Shown piece by piece: positions 31,215 to 41,087 of a DNA stretch of 64,000 nt; position 1 is the first letter of the stretch; the number at the start of each line of letters is the position of its first letter. This DNA comes from a virus. The stretch is from the IMG/VR virus record IMGVR_UViG_3300028837_002886, positions 1 to 64,000 of that record. One strand, written 5' to 3'. A program made the translations under genes and the position numbers. The notes beneath the pieces are model-generated. The model was not told the origin of the DNA, searched no databases, and saw only the letters and a program-made list of their open reading frames with translations.

Positions 31215-34200
31215 TTACGAGCGTTTAACGAGTTCTGGCAAGTTGTTCTCAAGCACGATAACCATCCTTGATGTATCCTGTGCTATGTCCGCCATTAAGT
31301 TTGCCGCAACTCTCATCGCTTCTGTTGATTGCTCTGTTAATTTAGCATTCCTGTCCATTCTGCTGACCATCTTTTCAGCAGTTTCTTGTTCTATCTGTTT
31401 CGCCGATTCGGCGGTCATTGTTTGTTTTTCTACTTGAGCTGCATAGTCAGTAGCTTTAACTCTTGTTTCTCCAGCCTTCCAAGGACGGTCGCCTTGATCC
31501 GGCAGATCTAATCCTGGTGGCTCGTAGCCGTACCCTTCTGCTGCGGCCCCTTCTACGTCGAAGCTCCAATCGAGACCCTTTAATAAATCCGCCAAAAAGC
31601 CTTTTCTTTCTTCAGATGCTTTGGCCGCCGCTTTAGCCGCGGCTTTCTCTCTCTTAGGAAGCTTGTCTATTATGTCGCTGATCCAGCCAAATGCTCGCTC
31701 CATGACTTTTGCGATACCTTCTATGGCCGCGGAGATTATCCTCACGATTATGACAACTAGATTAAGTGCATATTTAATCAACGGCCCGAAAACGTGCATT
31801 AGCATTTCTGCCATTTTTATGCCGAGATCGAATAACGGCATCATGGCATCCAATGCTGGTATTAGAGCATCTATAAGAGCTTCTAGAATAGGACCTAGCA
31901 TTTCAAATACCATGGCTACTATATTGGCTGCCATTTCAAAAGCTGGGGCGAGTTCAAACAGCAGCTCACCGATAATATCACCAATCTTAGCGGCGATTTT
32001 CGCTATAACATCAAATATCGGTTCTAATGCTTTTATAATTCTCATTATAGCAGGTAATATGGCGTTTATGATATTCACAACAGCTTTGATAATCTTAGTC
32101 AAAGGTCCCTTAAGTTGAGCCAGCATATTGGAAATTATTTTCCCGAATGTTTTAAATATTTGCGCCAATACTTTACCAAGCGGAGCAATTACCGGGATTA
32201 GTTCGTCTATTAGGTCTGTAAACAGTTCCGCAATAGGTGTTATGATTCGGCTGACAAAACTCAATACGGCCGAAATCGCGGGGCTCAATGCTTCGATTAT
32301 TTTCATTACGGCGCTTAGTATTGGCGGTACGACAGTCATGAAGGCGTCTATAAGAGTGGTTAGTATCTGTTCTACGATTGGCATAAACCCCATGGCCATG
32401 TCTACGATTTGCTCCACTATTTTTACTATTTTAGAGAAAATAGATTCCTCGGCACCAGCAAAAAACAAATCTGTCAAGCGTTTAATCATTTCAAATATCG
32501 GAGGAATAATTTTGGAAACACTTTGCATAGCTTGGCCGATATAAACAGCCAACTCTTTTACATAAGGAGCCATGTCTTTGAGGAGTTTGTTAACATGCAC
32601 CATTATTTCGCGGATAACCTCTAATATCGGCTGAAGTGTTTCCATGAACAGTAGGGCCATTCTGTTTTTGGCCTGTTCGAACTGTTCCTTCAATTGTTTT
32701 TGTTGTCGTTCTCTTTGTTTTGCCAAAACATCTTCTTGTGCCTCGCCAGCACGACCCATTAACTTGTTGACTTCACCCGCTTGGTCTGCGGTGAGGCTCG
32801 CGAGCTGCTGGGCCATGCCGTAAGACATATTCATTGTTTTGGCGTAGGCTCTACCTGCTATTGGACCCATCGCCACAATCCGCTTGGATAGTGAAACGAA
32901 CTTGGCCGCCATATCTTCTGGTATTTCACCTGCGCCCTGCATGATAGCAGTTGCGTCTGTGACGCTCATGCCTAACTGAGAATATAACGCTATGTTTTGT
33001 TCGAGGGATTCAGGGTCAAACAGGTCTTTAACTTTGGCTGCGGCCGCATCGGCCTCCAGGCCTACTTGAATAAATGTTGCTGCCAATCTTGTTGTTTCTC
33101 TTGAATATTGTTGTATCTGACGCTGGGTAGCGCCCATTGATTTCAATCTACGTGTTGATTCTGTTATGTTCTGTGCCAGAGCCTGTGTTTCGGCTGCTGA
33201 CAATCCTAATGTTTGCTGTAAGGAGGCAAACTGATTCAACATGCCTCTGATTTCAGTTTGGCTCAAGCGACCTACGTGTTGTAGTGTTCCTACCAACTGG
33301 CTCGTTTGTTCAAAGCTCATTCCAAGGCCCTTGGCTGCTTCCCAAGATAGGTCAGCTAAACCCTTGAGATCTTCAACAGGAATGTGCATGGCGGCCAGTC
33401 CTTGATAGACAGCAGCCATATCTTGAACTGCAGCACCAGCCTCCATGGCTGAGTTCTTAATATCTGTCATTAATCTATTGCTGGTTTTTCGAAAAGCTTC
33501 GGCAGACTCAACACCACCAGTCATTGTTCGCGCAATATCGTTAACGGCGGCATCTAAGTCCATGGCTCCTTGTATGGCAGTTACGAACGAAAGTCCACCT
33601 AGTATACCTACAAACCATTTCATCAATTTGATGACTGGAGCCAGTGGTCCCATTATAGCTGTCCACATCACCTTGGCCATTTTGTGCGCGGCTTTGAATG
33701 AAGACGCCATAGTTCTTCCCATAATGACAGCAGATCGACCGGCAATCTTAAAGGCGGTTCCCAGGCCTCTTATTGCGAGGCCAAGTGTACCACCTTCTTC
33801 TCCGGCAGATTTTAATCTTTTCTGGAGGCGTTTGAATACATTTTCAGATTCGTGTTCCATATTGGTAAGAGCGGTTTGTGCCAAATCGGCGGCTCTGGCG
33901 CCCTCTTTTAGTACTTCTTGTTGAGTGCCGAATACCTTGTTGACTGTCAGCCCCACTTTATCGACCAGGTCGCCAAAGGGACCAAGAGTTTTGCGACTGT
34001 CTTCTTGCGCTTTGTTGAAATCTTCAGCTATATCTCTACGCACCTCTTCCATTTTAATTTCTTTCTGTAATACTTCGGCGCGCTCTTCTGCATCCTTCAT
34101 CTGCTGGTCGGCCATTTCCACGGTTTTTTCGCTAAGCTCATCTGTTTTGTCGATGGCCGTGGTCAGAGCGTCGGCCGTGACGCCGTGCACTTGTTGAAAT

Positions 34201-34433
34201 ATCGATACTAATTTCTTAACTTCTACAGTAAGCCCTTGTATGCCCGAAGCCAACTGAATGCTCAAAACATCACCTAAACTAACGCCCCACTTTTTGGTCG
34301 AGTCTTCGATAATACTCAATTGACTTCTGATTTGACCACCAACAGCCTGGAACATTCGGCCCAGTTCTGTAAGATTGCTTTCTACATTAAGCATGAAATC
34401 CAAGTTGGTTGTCATCGTGTCGCCTGCGGGCAT
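31215..34433 (-). CDS. Tape measure protein
   Basis: 1072 aa, Ala-rich helical, with Pro-punctuated amphipathic repeats; position in the tail module. Confidence 0.88.
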   Translation of the reverse strand: MPAGDTMTTNLDFMLNVESNLTELGRMFQAVGGQIRSQLSIIEDSTKKWGVSLGDVLSIQLASGIQGLTVEVKKLVSIFQQVHGVTADALTTAIDKTDELSEKTVEMADQQMKDAEERAEVLQKEIKMEEVRRDIAEDFNKAQEDSRKTLGPFGDLVDKVGLTVNKVFGTQQEVLKEGARAADLAQTALTNMEHESENVFKRLQKRLKSAGEEGGTLGLAIRGLGTAFKIAGRSAVIMGRTMASSFKAAHKMAKVMWTAIMGPLAPVIKLMKWFVGILGGLSFVTAIQGAMDLDAAVNDIARTMTGGVESAEAFRKTSNRLMTDIKNSAMEAGAAVQDMAAVYQGLAAMHIPVEDLKGLADLSWEAAKGLGMSFEQTSQLVGTLQHVGRLSQTEIRGMLNQFASLQQTLGLSAAETQALAQNITESTRRLKSMGATQRQIQQYSRETTRLAATFIQVGLEADAAAAKVKDLFDPESLEQNIALYSQLGMSVTDATAIMQGAGEIPEDMAAKFVSLSKRIVAMGPIAGRAYAKTMNMSYGMAQQLASLTADQAGEVNKLMGRAGEAQEDVLAKQRERQQKQLKEQFEQAKNRMALLFMETLQPILEVIREIMVHVNKLLKDMAPYVKELAVYIGQAMQSVSKIIPPIFEMIKRLTDLFFAGAEESIFSKIVKIVEQIVDMAMGFMPIVEQILTTLIDAFMTVVPPILSAVMKIIEALSPAISAVLSFVSRIITPIAELFTDLIDELIPVIAPLGKVLAQIFKTFGKIISNMLAQLKGPLTKIIKAVVNIINAILPAIMRIIKALEPIFDVIAKIAAKIGDIIGELLFELAPAFEMAANIVAMVFEMLGPILEALIDALIPALDAMMPLFDLGIKMAEMLMHVFGPLIKYALNLVVIIVRIISAAIEGIAKVMERAFGWISDIIDKLPKREKAAAKAAAKASEERKGFLADLLKGLDWSFDVEGAAAEGYGYEPPGLDLPDQGDRPWKAGETRVKATDYAAQVEKQTMTAESAKQIEQETAEKMVSRMDRNAKLTEQSTEAMRVAANLMADIAQDTSRMVIVLENNLPELVKRS

Positions 34434-34437
34434 CTAC

Positions 34438-36477
34438 TTACTCCTGTTGTTCCAGTGACGTTTTCATCGCTTCCTCTTGGGCATCCCTTGCGGTCATCAA
34501 CGTCATTGAGGTTGTATATCCGGCTCTGGTTATATTGTGCGTCACATCAGCCGGTACAAATAAATAATAGTTGGTTAGTAATGACGGTTTTCCATCCGGC
34601 CTATGCACAATAACCCTCACTCTTTCTGTGTTAAAATCTACATGTGTTCCATCAAGAAATGGATCTCCCAAAATAGTTAATCTAAGTGTAAGAACCATGT
34701 CTTCATTTATATTAATCATCAAGCGCTCAAGCAGCCATTGATCTCTCTGCGCTTTTTCATCCAAGTCTAATCCATCTGCGCTTTGGGTGTTGAGTGGAAT
34801 TGGGAGAAACTCGCTGTGATTCTTGATATATGTGTTCCATTCTTGCTCTATTTGTTTTTCTCCTTCAACTTGCCGCTGTCTAACCTCTGCGTTCTCGGAA
34901 TCTCTTTTATTGATGGACTGTTGAACCTGATTGTCTATAGCCGCATACTCTTCCCTTAAATCTCCAGTTGTCTTTGGTCTTGTTTCGCCGGTTTCAGCAT
35001 CCACAATGGTGTCGGTTTCGATTTCTCTTAATATATAATTGCCTTGATCATCCTTGACTATATGACCATTGTCGTCTTTAACGGCATATTTGTCAAGAAA
35101 TTTATTCATAGGCGCATATAAATCATCGTATCCTTTTTCATTTTGATTTATTTTAGCCTGTGCCGCCTGGAGTCTCATCACAGAATCCGGGTCCTCACCC
35201 TGTTCTGTTATGTGTCTTTCCTTTTGGTGCTGCGTTTGTACTTCAGAATTAAGAGTGCTTAATGAAACAAGGCCTTCGGATTTACTAGGATCAAATCTTA
35301 CCACATGTTCGGCAATATTACCATTGTCATCTAATGTAAAGCCCATGAAACTCAGGCTTGCATAACCCAAGAAATAACCCTCTGGTATATTGGCCTCCAA
35401 GCTCTGTATTACAGATGTTGGGGTATTGCGCCACTCGTAAATCCTGGCTACTTTTGTTCGTTTCTCGAGAGGCGGCTTTAATATCCACTTTTTGACGAGA
35501 CCATATTTCTCAAAATATTTATCCTCAGGGCGATATGTCGTTATCTCTATTGTGGTTATTTTCGCTTTACGGGTATCTGTATCCTCCAATTGGAGACTTA
35601 GTGCTTTGTTGATAAACGACATCAGTGTTGTTTCACTTTTGCGAAATTGATTAGTATATCCTTTGAAATCCGAGACAGTCATGCTTCTGTTGAACTCTTC
35701 TGGTATATAATAATGAACTTCGTTCTGAAGGCTAAATCTTTTAAGCATAGCTATAACGAATTCCTGCAAGGTGCCGTTATCTTTTTCCGCCCCAGTATTT
35801 GGATCTACAGGCTTAACGACGTCGGTTCTCGTGCCCAGTTTGGTAATATCAAAAAAATATTGGCTGTTGCCAATCATATCAAGGCTTATATCTAGCCATG
35901 TGGCTCGAATGTTATATTTGAAACCTATAAGAATCATGGTAATCCAGTCGCTGGATATGGGTTGACTAACGCCTTCCCAGCCCCATCTTATTTTAGCAAA
36001 ACCTGGAGCCACAAACGGTTCGCCCTCAGCTTGCCAGTAACCTTGTTGTCTTTTTAATATGGTCTCATTGTATAGCGCGAGAGCTGTTAAAGCAAACCTT
36101 TCGATATATGTGAATTCTTGATCCGAAATAGTCAAGCTGCATTTTGGATAAGGATATGTGCTTACTGAAAAGTTAGTAACGAAATTATATGGTATTCTAA
36201 ACAAATTCTGGCTGTATGTGAGTTCATCTGCGCTAGCGTCTGACAAAAATTTAATTTCTATAAACGGCTTAAAAGGATATGTAGGTCTTAGGTATTCCCC
36301 AGTGTTTGGGTCTTGCCAGAATTGAGCTACGCGTTTATCGTTAGGATCGAATGCGTTTTGTCGCGCGATTTGATCCTTGCTTTTCTCTTCAAGGCTCTTC
36401 AGTTTCTTTGCGGTAGATGTTTCGTATACTTTTTCCTTGGCTTTCTGGTATTGGTCTGAAGTGAACTTGATAGCCAT
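34438..36477 (-). CDS. Baseplate hub protein (gp27/gpD-like)
   Basis: IRWGW and LTILGDPFL...Y....VTHNITRAGYTTSMTL. Confidence 0.7.
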   Translation of the reverse strand: MAIKFTSDQYQKAKEKVYETSTAKKLKSLEEKSKDQIARQNAFDPNDKRVAQFWQDPNTGEYLRPTYPFKPFIEIKFLSDASADELTYSQNLFRIPYNFVTNFSVSTYPYPKCSLTISDQEFTYIERFALTALALYNETILKRQQGYWQAEGEPFVAPGFAKIRWGWEGVSQPISSDWITMILIGFKYNIRATWLDISLDMIGNSQYFFDITKLGTRTDVVKPVDPNTGAEKDNGTLQEFVIAMLKRFSLQNEVHYYIPEEFNRSMTVSDFKGYTNQFRKSETTLMSFINKALSLQLEDTDTRKAKITTIEITTYRPEDKYFEKYGLVKKWILKPPLEKRTKVARIYEWRNTPTSVIQSLEANIPEGYFLGYASLSFMGFTLDDNGNIAEHVVRFDPSKSEGLVSLSTLNSEVQTQHQKERHITEQGEDPDSVMRLQAAQAKINQNEKGYDDLYAPMNKFLDKYAVKDDNGHIVKDDQGNYILREIETDTIVDAETGETRPKTTGDLREEYAAIDNQVQQSINKRDSENAEVRQRQVEGEKQIEQEWNTYIKNHSEFLPIPLNTQSADGLDLDEKAQRDQWLLERLMININEDMVLTLRLTILGDPFLDGTHVDFNTERVRVIVHRPDGKPSLLTNYYLFVPADVTHNITRAGYTTSMTLMTARDAQEEAMKTSLEQQE

Positions 36478-36496
36478 AGTGTTATATCCTCACCTA

Positions 36497-36503
36497 TTAT
36501 CTT
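36497..36503 (-). promoter_or_regulatory. AAGATAA motif (putative late promoter) upstream of the tail operon
   Basis: Same heptamer precedes starts at 16174, 38027, 41088(+), 42389, 44584, 44999 and 63118. Confidence 0.6.
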
Positions 36504-36533
36504 CAAGCGAGAGAAAAAATCATCGTAGTTTTG

Positions 36534-37148
36534 TTATACTTCTGGCATTGGAGGAGGAGTTAATGATGGTGGCTCATACTGCGTTCTTTGTGCAAACGGA
36601 GCCCCAGGAGTGGGATTGTACTGAGTCCTTCTGGAGGTGTCGACGATATTCTGTGCCATGGCTTTGGTGTCGGCTGGCGTCTTGACTGCAGGGTTATAAA
36701 TTGTTTGATTGATTTTTCTTATCCAAGGCTCCGCGATGGACTGATTGGCATGAGGCTCTGGAACATTTGACATTCCTGAACTGACCAATCTACCCCTAAG
36801 GTTTTTGGTAAAATAACGGCGAAAGCTTAATCTTGGGATAGCTGGATAAGTTTTCTTTAGCAATTGATATATCACCAAACCGTTCAATGGAACTCCTGAA
36901 TCCCTTGCTGATATAACCCAATTGGCTAGACTGTATTGCAATGCCCCTAAGTAGTGCGTATTCAATCCGGTAGTGTACATTTGGTCAGAGCTCAATACAA
37001 ATACAGTAGGTCTTGGGTCATGTATAATATAACCTGGTACGCCAGATCTATATGTGCATTGATATATGCGGCCTGGGCTGAATGGAATTACTCCAGATCT
37101 AAAGCTGCGTCTGAAGATTAAACCCATAATGCGCTGCCAAAGTCCCAT
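36534..37148 (-). CDS. T4 gp2-like DNA end-protector family protein
   Basis: GRIYQCTY...IHDPRPTVFVL...GLNTHYL...FRRY. Confidence 0.6.
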   Translation of the reverse strand: MGLWQRIMGLIFRRSFRSGVIPFSPGRIYQCTYRSGVPGYIIHDPRPTVFVLSSDQMYTTGLNTHYLGALQYSLANWVISARDSGVPLNGLVIYQLLKKTYPAIPRLSFRRYFTKNLRGRLVSSGMSNVPEPHANQSIAEPWIRKINQTIYNPAVKTPADTKAMAQNIVDTSRRTQYNPTPGAPFAQRTQYEPPSLTPPPMPEV

Positions 37149-37504
37149 TACTTACGCTCCAACAATAACTTTTGACGCTCATTGTTAATGTATCCCCACG
37201 CGGCTTTGTATATTTGATACCTGTGAGCGCCTTCTTGTAACATCATCCATGCGACCTTTTCTACCTTGGGGTGGCACTTCCGACAAAGAGTAACTAAATT
37301 CAAATCTTCGTTGCTGTGAGATATTTTGAAAGGGATAATATGATGAACGTGAAGACCTTTTTTCTCTTCACATATTTTACACCGGCCACCGTCACGTCTT
37401 ACTATACGGGCTCTTATTTTAGGCCAATCTTTGCCGTACTTCGCTTTGCCGTGAAAGTGTATATTATACTTCTGTCTTAGACTTGGATTTTTCTTCATTT
37501 TCAA
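37148..37504 (-). CDS. HNH endonuclease
   Basis: RDGGRCKIC..LHVHHII...NLVTLCRKCH. Confidence 0.92.
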   Translation of the reverse strand: MKMKKNPSLRQKYNIHFHGKAKYGKDWPKIRARIVRRDGGRCKICEEKKGLHVHHIIPFKISHSNEDLNLVTLCRKCHPKVEKVAWMMLQEGAHRYQIYKAAWGYINNERQKLLLERK

Positions 37505-38027
37505 GTATCAACTTGTATACTTTACCCAGCAGAGCGACGGCTTGTTTCAAGACAAGATCAAGGTCATCGACGATTTTGTAGGTTTCGGGCTCTTTTAGTT
37601 TTATTTTCAACAGTTGAGAATAACCATATATCTGATCCAACAGCGCTTTGATGTTCAAGATCAAGTCAGGGAACAGCTCTGAAATCTTGTTTGGATGTTT
37701 GACGGCCTCTCGTATTTTCTCTAGGTGTTCAGCTTCTATCATCAGAAGGATAACAGACTTTTCCTCGCCTTTGATGAGATATCCTATGTGCAACACCAAT
37801 GCTGTATCGTTGACCATAACGACAACTTGTCCTGTTGCATCTTGCTTGATTATCCCATAATACTCTTTGAGAGAATCATCATCAGGGAAAAAATCAGTGG
37901 CACTATAGTCCTCAGCCGCATTTTTATTCATACCATAATAATCTCGGGCTTTTTTATTGGCCTGGATTATTTTTCCAGCTTCACTTAAAACAACTACCCC
38001 TATTGGTAATCTTCCAAAATGTAGCAT
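37464..38027 (-). CDS. PAS domain plus degenerate HisKA-like dimerisation helices, no ATPase domain
   Basis: LPIGVVVLSEAGKIIQANKKA..YG (PAS); NIKALLDQIYGYSQLL resembles the H-box (HELRTPL..I.GYSQLL) without the His. Confidence 0.65.
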   Translation of the reverse strand: MLHFGRLPIGVVVLSEAGKIIQANKKARDYYGMNKNAAEDYSATDFFPDDDSLKEYYGIIKQDATGQVVVMVNDTALVLHIGYLIKGEEKSVILLMIEAEHLEKIREAVKHPNKISELFPDLILNIKALLDQIYGYSQLLKIKLKEPETYKIVDDLDLVLKQAVALLGKVYKLILENEEKSKSKTEV

Positions 38028-38083
38028 AATTTCCTCCCTATGGTCTACAAACTTATCTTAGGTGATTATCATTCTGTATGCGC

Positions 38084-38119
38084 AAAAAAATGTTCCGTGC
38101 GCCTAAACACACGGAACAT
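38084..38119 (-). terminator. Intrinsic terminator
   Basis: ATGTTCCGTG/CACGGAACAT stem followed by a T run on the minus strand; a second GC hairpin lies at about 38136-38158. Confidence 0.8.
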
Positions 38120-38167
38120 AAGACAGGAGGAGTTTCCCCGACCTACGTACGGCCGGGCTAGGAGAAG

Positions 38168-38602
38168 CTATGTGGTTGATAGGTTAAGTATTTTATTTAG
38201 CTTATCTCTTTCTTTTCGCATTCTTTCACCGGCGGATTGCAGCTGCAATTTGAGCATGTTTTTCAACGCAGTAATTGCTTCTTGCATCGCCTTGGTAGAA
38301 CTTTCATCTATCTCACTACTTATATATGTATTGCCACGAAAGACAACCTCCGCCAACCGATCGCCTTCTTCAGAAAAAACTTCGTACACTCTTACGATGT
38401 CTCGACTGCCTTCTGGTCTGTATTGATTTCTTTGGAATCTATATTTACCCACAGCAACAGCCGATTGCGGCTCGGTTTGCTCACTTAAATCTATTAACAG
38501 ATCCACCATTTTTGTCAAACTGCTCCAGGAAACTGCCATTTCGGCGCGCATGCGGGATTCTACACTGATGAGTCTGTTTGTCTCAGCATCCATTATTTCC
38601 AT
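38168..38602 (-). CDS. Hypothetical protein (likely start MEIMDAE)
   Basis: ORF overlapping the MTase stop, with a coiled-coil C-terminus. Confidence 0.65.
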   Translation of the reverse strand: MEIMDAETNRLISVESRMRAEMAVSWSSLTKMVDLLIDLSEQTEPQSAVAVGKYRFQRNQYRPEGSRDIVRVYEVFSEEGDRLAEVVFRGNTYISSEIDESSTKAMQEAITALKNMLKLQLQSAGERMRKERDKLNKILNLSTT

Positions 38603-40184
38603 TATTTTCACCTTGAATAAATTTATTCGCCAAATCGATATATTCTTGTGAGATATCGAAACCAAGCCAACGGTATTTTCTATTATATTTATTGTTTAGC
38701 CTGACAGCAGCCTGTGCACTGGATCCCGAACCAACAAAAGGATCCACAATAAGACCATCTTCAGGCAAATACAATTCAATAAATCTCATTGGTAAGTCAA
38801 CCGAAAAGGGGGCAGGATGATTGCGGACTTTTGTGTTGGTGGGCGCGATGTCCCAGTTGTCGGTAAACTGCCGCCAAAACACGGCGAAGCTCTCCGCCAA
38901 CGCTTCTTTTGTCTCCTCTTCGCCTTTCTTAATAGCACTTATCAAAGACCTCGAAACCTGTGATGCCATTTTTGTTTTCAGCTGTGTTACGTTGTCTTCG
39001 TAAATCTGTTTAAGAGCGCGATTGATTTTAGTAGGGGTTAAATCGCTCTCTTTTTTTAGCTTCGGCCTCACCTTAAGCAAGGCTTTTTCAGCCAAATCTG
39101 AAATAGTTTCGCTATAACCCTCTAAAACTTTATTAACGTAGTTTAATGACACACTTGCTATATTATCTTTAATTATCTTTTTGTCCAAATCGCTTCCGGT
39201 CATACTTTTTTTTAACTTTTCTTTGATGTCTAATGTGGTTTTATCATACCAAACGTTATAAAGCTGATCTTTCACCTGTTTCAAATCAATACACGTGTGG
39301 TTTGTTATATCATCACCTTTGGTAAGTATCCAGATATACTCTGTAATCGGATTTGGTCTGTAAACTTGCGAGGCCTCGTCTTTGAGGGTTTGTTTTATTT
39401 CTTTTTGCTTTTTATTCTCGGATAATAATTCTAATACGCGAATGTTATTGTTAAGCTCAAGCCTGTCGTTATCCAGGTTGCGATATTCATCCGTATCCTC
39501 ATTGCCATCTTTTTTGAGTTCTCGTAGTTTCGCCAGCAAAGCTTTTTTTAGATCCTTGTATTCGCTCAGCTTTTGTGCTGGCTCAGGCAGGTCCTTGAAT
39601 TTCTTTATTGCCTTTAGCCTGTCTTGATATTTCTGGTAAGAAAGGATGTAGGAGCCAGTTCTTTGTTTGCCAGCACCGAGAGGTTTGACCCACATGATTT
39701 GCTCTTGAAATGTAAAACCGACATCTACGGCTATATTCAGCAAATCAATTCCAGTCGGACGCTTCTGTCCTTCGGCCATTATGTTTGATATGTTGAGGCC
39801 GAACACTCCGCCATCTTTGAGAGCAACATAAGCCGAGGACATCCATTCCTTCATTTGTATTAGATAATCTTCATAAGGTTGGCTGTCGTCATAGGAATAT
39901 TCTTTGCTTTTTCCATCTTCATAAGCTTTGCCTGCACAATAGGGAGGCGATGTAAATATGGCATCTACTCGATCACGAAGACGCAACAGGCCTGTGCGGC
40001 AATCTTCCAGGTGGTTCTTGTTTTCTTCCAAGCCCTCTTTTATATCTATTACTTCTCTTTTGGCTTCTTTGAATATGTTTCGTGTGAGAGCTCTTTGATT
40101 GAGGCCAGTTATTGAGTTTTCGACTTCATCGAGGTCATATAGCCATACGTCGCCATGGTGCGTTATTTTCAGGTACTTTGGCAT
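38583..40184 (-). CDS. Beta-class N4C/N6A DNA methyltransferase with two large helical insertions
   Basis: FTSPPY (motif IV) precedes HPAPF and DPFVGSGS (motif I). Confidence 0.9.
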   Translation of the reverse strand: MPKYLKITHHGDVWLYDLDEVENSITGLNQRALTRNIFKEAKREVIDIKEGLEENKNHLEDCRTGLLRLRDRVDAIFTSPPYCAGKAYEDGKSKEYSYDDSQPYEDYLIQMKEWMSSAYVALKDGGVFGLNISNIMAEGQKRPTGIDLLNIAVDVGFTFQEQIMWVKPLGAGKQRTGSYILSYQKYQDRLKAIKKFKDLPEPAQKLSEYKDLKKALLAKLRELKKDGNEDTDEYRNLDNDRLELNNNIRVLELLSENKKQKEIKQTLKDEASQVYRPNPITEYIWILTKGDDITNHTCIDLKQVKDQLYNVWYDKTTLDIKEKLKKSMTGSDLDKKIIKDNIASVSLNYVNKVLEGYSETISDLAEKALLKVRPKLKKESDLTPTKINRALKQIYEDNVTQLKTKMASQVSRSLISAIKKGEEETKEALAESFAVFWRQFTDNWDIAPTNTKVRNHPAPFSVDLPMRFIELYLPEDGLIVDPFVGSGSSAQAAVRLNNKYNRKYRWLGFDISQEYIDLANKFIQGENNGNNGC

Positions 40185-40211
40185 CTTAACTCCGGTTTGC
40201 TTGTGTATATA

Positions 40212-40436
40212 CTATATATGCTTTCTGAACTTTAGCTTATAAAACAAAAAAGCGCTGACTGGGATGATAGCAAAGTTTAGGAAAACATACAAGAGGACGT
40301 TTCGAACGGTGAATGGAACTGTGAACATCATAAGAAATACCGCGCTTATTGCACCCGTGATAGCACTACAGCAGATGCCAAACAAAATAGAGGCGACTCT
40401 TCTACATCGGTGTTTTACTTCTTTAAGTTTATACAT
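40212..40436 (-). CDS. Small two-TM membrane protein
   Basis: Two hydrophobic stretches in 74 aa. Confidence 0.55.
   Translation of the reverse strand: MYKLKEVKHRCRRVASILFGICCSAITGAISAVFLMMFTVPFTVRNVLLYVFLNFAIIPVSAFLFYKLKFRKHI
40213..40224 (-). promoter_or_regulatory. AAAGCATATATA motif (putative middle promoter)
   Basis: Repeated at 42067-42079 and 43363-43375, with a variant at 45566-45574; always just upstream of a start. Confidence 0.6.
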
Positions 40437-40597
40437 TTTCGTTTAGACTCCACATAGCACATATATTTAAAATTGGATCCCCAGCATTTACGTCTCTCTG
40501 AGCACTTGCCACAACCGCACAATATATTACCTTCGTTTACGATGGCCCTGCGTAATTGTTCCAGGTACCAATTGGTTTTCCGGAACATATCTCTCAT
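40415..40597 (-). CDS. Small Cys-rich protein
   Basis: CGCGKC..C..C pattern; overlapping arrangement. Confidence 0.5.
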   Translation of the reverse strand: MRDMFRKTNWYLEQLRRAIVNEGNILCGCGKCSERRKCWGSNFKYMCYVESKRKCINLKK

Positions 40598-40617
40598 TTC
40601 GTTGAACTGCTCTATGT

Positions 40618-41025
40618 TTATTGTTCATACTCCTTGATGTATTCCGATAGATAATTGTGTACGGTATCCCCGCCTCCCTCCCAGGGCGACTCGATCCATT
40701 TATAATCCCCGTTTATTTCTACTATTTTAATTTCACCTTCGATGTAATCCCTTTGGCCCTCCATATAGGCATACTCCATAGACATCCTTAAAGAAGCTGC
40801 CGCTCCTTCGTATTGTTCCTCTTCTTTGACTTCAGGTGCTTTTTTCACAGGGTTTTCTTGTACTGCGGTAGTGAGTCCTGGATACTTTTCAGCGTCTCGT
40901 TCGTTTCTAACAGAACTTATTATGCAAAGCAGGATGAAAAAAACAACCACAATCACGGAAATCACAAGCCAATGTTTTCGGAAAAATGTAGACAATTTCA
41001 ATCTAAACCTAAACAAACTGCTCAT
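40618..41025 (-). CDS. Membrane-anchored hypothetical protein (likely start MSSLFRF)
   Basis: GGAGG SD before ATG 41025; single TM; AYMEGQRD motif. Confidence 0.7.
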   Translation of the reverse strand: MSSLFRFRLKLSTFFRKHWLVISVIVVVFFILLCIISSVRNERDAEKYPGLTTAVQENPVKKAPEVKEEEQYEGAAASLRMSMEYAYMEGQRDYIEGEIKIVEINGDYKWIESPWEGGGDTVHNYLSEYIKEYEQ

Positions 41026-41087
41026 TTGATGTCCTCCTTTTTTTCCTCTATATCTATGTATCCGCAAAGATAAAATTGAGGTAAATT

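Noticed and set aside
16847-36477. Bacterial tailocin/eCIS rather than phage
   Set aside because: Giant fibres, gp2-like genes, dense small ORFs and phage-type accessory genes favour a large phage, although head genes are outside the window.
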